Assembly: GCA_030141605.1 (NCBI GenBank)
Contig: JAQGDQ010001156.1
Location: forward strand, 43,700 to 58,943
Source of the DNA: Tubiluchus corallicola
Lineage: Eukaryota; Animalia; Priapulida
DNA length: 15,244 bases
Reading direction: 5' to 3'
The notes under the pieces were generated by a model, which made no database searches, was not told the origin of the DNA, and saw only the letters and a program-made list of their open reading frames with translations. Position numbers and translations under genes: made by a program. Position 1 is the first letter of the stretch. Each line of letters begins with the position of its first letter. Shown in pieces: positions 9,441-15,244 of the stretch.

Positions 9441-9699
9441 TAGTAGCAGACTTTCATGACAGGGACGTGTCTACGTCCAAGCTAAAATGTACTGCTTTGG
9501 CATTACAATAGACAGTGCAGTTTCTGGGCTTCAAAGACGCATTTGAAATACGTCTAATCGTCGGTTTACGACCATGATGGGTTTAGACTGACCGAATTTC
9601 TGTGTCCTCTGTTTGTTTGTTGTTAATCTTTGCTGTTCAATTGTCACTAAGGCCCAGGTGTTACCCCAACTTGGCTCTCTCAGTTAAGCAGATATCACG

Positions 9700-10582
<883 letters not shown>

Positions 10583-12634
10583 AAAATAATAATAATATAA
10601 AAAAATTTTGTGTCTATAACTTGGTGCAATAGAGATATCGGGCGTAAGCATTGCCGAAACAAAAATCTTTTTTTACTGATAAAGAAACAGAAATGAATTT
10701 AGCACGCATGCATCGACATGTACATCATGCACTGATAATCAGGAGAAAAACACTTTGATACTGCAGGAAGCCTCATTTTAAGCGCCAATACCCAATTAGT
10801 TACAGAAGCCATTCGCCTAGTTTCTCGGCTAATGATGCATCAAACTCCGCTTTATTGTCAAACTTGGGGAATTACGTCATCTGCCCACGCAACGTCATCG
10901 GCTTGACCGTTTGCGCACCGTTCTTGGCTAGCAGCTTGGTGAATCGTCTTAAAATATTTTTTTTGTAATTTAGTAGAACTGTTTCCATCCCAGAACGAGA
11001 TGTCTGCTACTTGTTAGCTGCATTTTTGGGATATTTTAGTGATATTATAGCTATAGGCTGAAATACCCCAAAGTGCAGCAAACAATAATAATAATAAATA
11101 ATAATAATATAAAAAAAAATTTGTGTCTATAACTTGGTGCAATAGAGATATCGGGCGTAAGCATTGCCGAAACAAAAATCTTTTTTTACTGATAAAGAAA
11201 CAGAAATGAATTTAGCACGCGTGCATCGACATGTACATCATGCACTGATAATCAGGAGAAAAACACTTTGATACTGCAGGAAGCCTCATTTTAAGCGCCA
11301 ATACCCAATTAGTTACAGAAGCCATTCGCCTAGTTTCTCGGCTAATGATGCATCAAACTCCGCTTTATTGTCAAACTTGGGGAATTACGTCATCTGCCCA
11401 CGCAACGTCATCGGCTTGACCGTTTGCGCACCGTTCTTGGCTAGCAGCTTGGTGAATCGTCTTAAAATATTTTTTTTGTAATTTAGTAGAACTGTTTCCA
11501 TCCCAGAACGAGATGTCTGCTACTTGTTAGCTGCATTTTTGGGATATTTTAGTGATATTATAGCTATAGGCTGAAATACCCCAAAGTGCAGCAAACAATA
11601 ATAATAATAAATAATAATAATATAAAAAAAAATTTGTGTCTATAACTTGGTGCAATAGAGATATCGGGCGTAAGCATTGCCGAAACAAAAATCTTTTTTT
11701 ACTGATAAAGAAACAGAAATAAATTTAGCACGCGTGCATCGACATGTACATCATGCACTGATAATCAGGAGAAAAACACTTTGATACTGCAGGAAGCCTC
11801 ATTTTAAGCGCCAATACCCAATTAGTTACAGAAGCCATTCGCCTAGTTTCTCGGCTAATGATGCATCAAACTCCGCTTTATTGTCAAACTTGGGGAATTA
11901 CGTCATCTGCCCACGCAACGTCATCGGCTTGACCGTTTGCGCACCGTTCTTGGCTAGCAGCTTGGTGAATCGTCTTAAAATATTTTTTTTGTAATTTAGT
12001 AGAACTGTTTCCATCCCAGAACGAGATGTCTGCTACTTGTTAGCTGCATTTTTGGGATATTTTAGTGATATTAAAGCTATAGGCTGAAATACCCCAAAGT
12101 GCAGCAAACAATAATAATAATAAATAATAATAATATAAAAAAAAATTTGTGTCTATAACTTGGTGCAATAGAGATATCGGGCATAAGCATTGCCGAAACA
12201 AAAATCTTTTTTTACTGATAAAGAAACAGAAATGAGTTTAGCACGCGTGCATCGACATGTACATCATGCACTGATAATCAGGAGAAAAACACTTTGATAC
12301 TGCAGGAAGCCTCATTTTAAGCGCCAATACCCAATTAGTTACAGAAGCCATTCGCCTAGTTTCTCGGCTAATGATGCATCAAACTCCGCTTTATTGTCAA
12401 ACTTGGGGAATTACGTCATCTGCCCACGCAACGTCATCGGCTTGACCGTTTGCGCACCGTTCTTGGCTAGCAGCTTGGTGAATCGTCTTAAAATATTTTT
12501 TTTGTAATTTAGTAGAACTGTTTCCATCCCAGAACGAGATGTCTGCTACTTGTTAGCTGCATTTTTGGGATATTTTAGTGATATTATAGCTATAGGCTGA
12601 AATACCCCAAAGTGCAGCAAACAATAATAATAAT
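10583..12634. repeat. Tandem array of four 513-bp units joined through short (AAT)n runs
   Basis: TGTCTATAAC recurs at 10611, 11124, 11637 and 12150 (period 513). Only a few substitutions are seen (e.g. 10708, 11721, 12074, 12183, 12236). Confidence 0.97.
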
Positions 12635-12868
12635 GGCTTTTGGATCAACAATTAACATTCGCTCAAAGAGCTATTATCGCCGAGGGTAAATAACAACCTA
12701 CAACTACATAACAGAGACTATCATTACCCCACTTTTACCCTAAAATACCACGCGTCAGGCAGGGCAACAGTAGGTACCATTTTTAAACTCTTTGGTATGA
12801 CTCGGCCGCTGGTTCGAACTCACGACCTCCCAGACGGAAAGCAGACGCATTACCACTAGACTAAACCG
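12623..12868 (-). mobile_element. Apparently full-length tRNA-derived SINE with a MetaSINE-like central domain and (ATT)n tail
   Basis: Minus strand shows A box TAGTCTAGTGGTAA and B box GAGTTCGAACC (~12821-12811). Then GGCCGAGTCATACCAAAGAGTTTAAAAATGGTACCTACTGTTGCCCTGCCTGACGCG (similar to the Meta domain as I recall it). The 3' end is GCTCTTTGAG...AAAAGCCATTATTATT (L2-like tail). Confidence 0.8.
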
Positions 12869-13381
12869 TAGACATCACGTTCCCTGGAATGGAAAATTTC
12901 TATTAAATTGCAGACGATCTTTTACGACGATTCGGAAACCTGCTAGCCAACTGTGGCGGACTGTGGCGGACTGTTGCAAGTGTAAAAGAGTCGCGAGTTC
13001 AAACACATGTCGAGGCCATATTCATAGGTAGTTTTCACCTTGTAAAGGTAACATGGCATACGTGATAGTAAACGTGTATCTCACCTATTTTTAGATATAA
13101 TGAATATCGAATGTTATAAAACCATTCTGTCCAACTAACTCATTGGTAATGTGTAGATACTGTGTCACAGAGAACACTCACCACCCCCCCCCCCACGTTT
13201 AGACGGATTAATTATAGATTATTATCTTGATTGTTTACATAGATGATTGCACTGTTTAATATTGTTTGTTTGTTTTCACTGTTATTTTGTGTATGTAAAT
13301 AATGTAAAATATGCATGTGAGCATTACAATTAATCCTTTCTCTTTTCTTGGCAGTTATTAACACAAGTAAGTGTAGTACAT

Positions 13382-14233
13382 GTGTATATGTATGTATGTA
13401 TGTCTGTATGTATGTCTGTATGTATGTATGTATGTATGTATGTCTGTATGTATGTATGTATGTATGTATGTATGTATGTATGTATGTATGTATGTATGTA
13501 TGTATGTCTGTATGTATGTATGTCTGTATGTATGTATGTATGTATGTATGTATGTATGTATGTATGTATGTATGTATGTATGTATGTATGTATGTATGTA
13601 TGTATGTATGTATGTATGTATGTATGTATGTATGTATGTATGTATGTATGTATGTATGTATGTATGTATGTATGTATGTATGTCTGTATGTATGTATGTA
13701 TGTATGTATGTATGTATGTATGTATGTATGTATGTATGTATGTATGTATGTATGTATGTATGTATGTATGTATGTATGTATGTATGTATGTATGTATGTA
13801 TGTATGTATGTATGTATGTATGTATGTATGTATGTATGTATGTATGTATGTATGTATGTATGTATGGAGATGTATGTATTGTTATTTGTTTTGTATGTTA
13901 TGTATTTGTATGTATGTATGTATGTATGTATGTATGTATGTATGTATGTATGTATGTATGTATGTATGTATGTATGTATGTCTGTATGTATGCATGCATG
14001 TCTGTATGTATGCATGCATGCATGTATGTATGTATGTATGTATGTATGTATGTATGTATGTATGTATGTATGTATGTATGTATGTATGTATGTATGTATG
14101 TATGTGTATATATGTATGTATATATGTGTGTATGTGTATGTATGTATGTATATATGTGTGTATATGTATGTATGTATGTATATATGTGTATATATATGTA
14201 TGTACATATGTGTATATATGTATGTATATATAT
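13382..14233. repeat. ~850-bp (ATGT)n tetranucleotide microsatellite with CTGT/ATGC variants, an interruption at ~13866-13908 and a TA/TG-rich end
   Basis: Direct read; explains all YVCM/HTYI ORFs between 13212 and 14313. Confidence 0.99.
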
Positions 14234-14309
14234 AGTGTATTATTTGAATTCACTACTTTGTAGTGTCTTGTGTAATATTTTAAATGGCGCAAAGGGGCCG
14301 AAGTTTTGA

Positions 14310-15143
14310 TCACGATGTTGTGATAAAGAAAATAACGGATTCGAAAATTACCTCGCTGATGTGACAGATGCTCAGGAATTCCAAAAATTCTCTTCGATTT
14401 GCCTAGAAGAGGTAGAAGTTTTAAATAAGAAAGTATAAAAATACATGCTGGAAAAAAATTTGTGTCACTGTTGTTAAAGGAAGACTGGATGATTTTTCAT
14501 ATACTACTCCATTTTCAAGTACGTTAAAAATGCACATTTTAACCCAATTAATACTGCAAAAGCGTTTCTGATAATTAAATTATAGATTAAAAACTTAACT
14601 TACGGCGAGCGAGCCCAACTATTGATGACATCACAAACTAACATCATTTTCATTAGGAAAAAATATTCCATGAGCGTGTTTCACGTGTTTGTGGAAGTGA
14701 AAATTGAAGTGCAGTGTTACTGTAAGATATTCAGTGTGTTGTACTAAAACTAGGCAAGTTTCAAGATAAAAATTCAAATTTCAAATTTACCGCTGTGCTC
14801 ACGCATGAGCTATCGAATGTGTTCAGTTCGTCACAAACTAACACATCTGAACTGAGAGGTACGGCACCTGTTTTTTGTAACTAGCTTTTCTCACATCATT
14901 TATTATTTGAATGTACATTAGTAAACTAAGCCAAAAGAAATGATTTTATTAGCACTCTACCTACGTTAGATTCGGACTATGTTTTCTCTGGCCGAGATAA
15001 TAATGTTATAAATGATTTTGCAAATCTTATCTCAGATGAATTCCTATCGTCTTTCGCCCGCATACAGTCTGTTGGTGATGAAATTTCACAACTCTCGTCG
15101 TGTTTTCTATATGCTGTTTTGTTTTTATTTATGATTATGTGAA
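14310..15143 (+). pseudogene. Possible decayed LINE ORF2 C-terminus (zinc knuckle) interrupted by MITE copy 4
   Basis: Left of the MITE: NNGFENYLADVTDAQEFQKF...KYMLEKNLCHCC, ending at the TTAA. Right of it: SHHLLFECTLVN*AKRNDF.... Together these resemble C-x2-C...H-x4-C...R, followed by T-rich UTR-like sequence. Confidence 0.4.
14474..14875 (-). mobile_element. Kolobok-like MITE copy 4, inverted, lacking its left ~230 bp
   Basis: TTAA-AGGAAGACTGGATGATTTTTCATATACTAC is the reverse complement of the right ends at 2245 and 5820. Homology continues to ...GGTACGGCACCTGTTTT (~14875). Confidence 0.8.
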
Positions 15144-15244
15144 TTAACATTAGAATTGGTAATTATGTTTATTATAATTGTACTCGCTGTTTTTCATTGT
15201 GTATAATCAGTGTAAATTTTTGTTACTAAGTATTAAAATAAGTT

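Noticed and set aside
9440-9484. Academ-like terminal palindrome TAGTAGCAGAC...GTCTACGTCCAAGCTA
   Set aside because: Pairing is too short and imperfect, and no partner terminus was found.
10583-12634. Tandem 5S rRNA, snRNA, SL-RNA or tRNA gene array
   Set aside because: I could not recognise any of these RNA sequences or Pol III boxes in the unit on either strand. An Infernal/Rfam search would settle it.
12951-12974. CTGTGGCGGA direct repeat as a TSD or regulatory site
   Set aside because: It is a simple adjacent 10-bp duplication with nothing between the copies.
13212-14313. Five long ORFs (143-331 aa)
   Set aside because: They are translations of (ATGT)n, which has no stops in these frames (YVCM/HTYI repeats).

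Overview
This is AT-rich, repeat-saturated eukaryotic DNA (most likely an invertebrate animal; inference) with an 817-nt assembly gap (4196-5012). I find no credible intact protein-coding gene: the long ORFs are microsatellite or N-gap artefacts, and the real coding signal belongs to decayed retroelements. The window holds (i) several LINE relics: a CR1/L2/Crack-type ORF2 C-terminus plus 3' end at ~734-1290 (-), a CR1-group RT core at ~9055-9440 (+), an RTE-X-like 3' end at ~9700-10440 (+) and weaker relics; (ii) four copies of a ~620-bp non-autonomous TTAA/AG...CT (Kolobok-like) DNA element, two fused to a tRNA-derived SINE head; (iii) one apparently complete tRNA-derived SINE (-, ~12623-12868); (iv) many micro- and minisatellites, several of which look like retroposon tails; and (v) the most unusual feature, four near-identical head-to-tail 513-bp units (10583-12634). 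These sit inside an (AAT)n tract and each ends in a ~26-bp-arm hairpin, so they are a candidate microsatellite-targeting element or nascent satellite. All family names are pattern-recognition calls, not database results.
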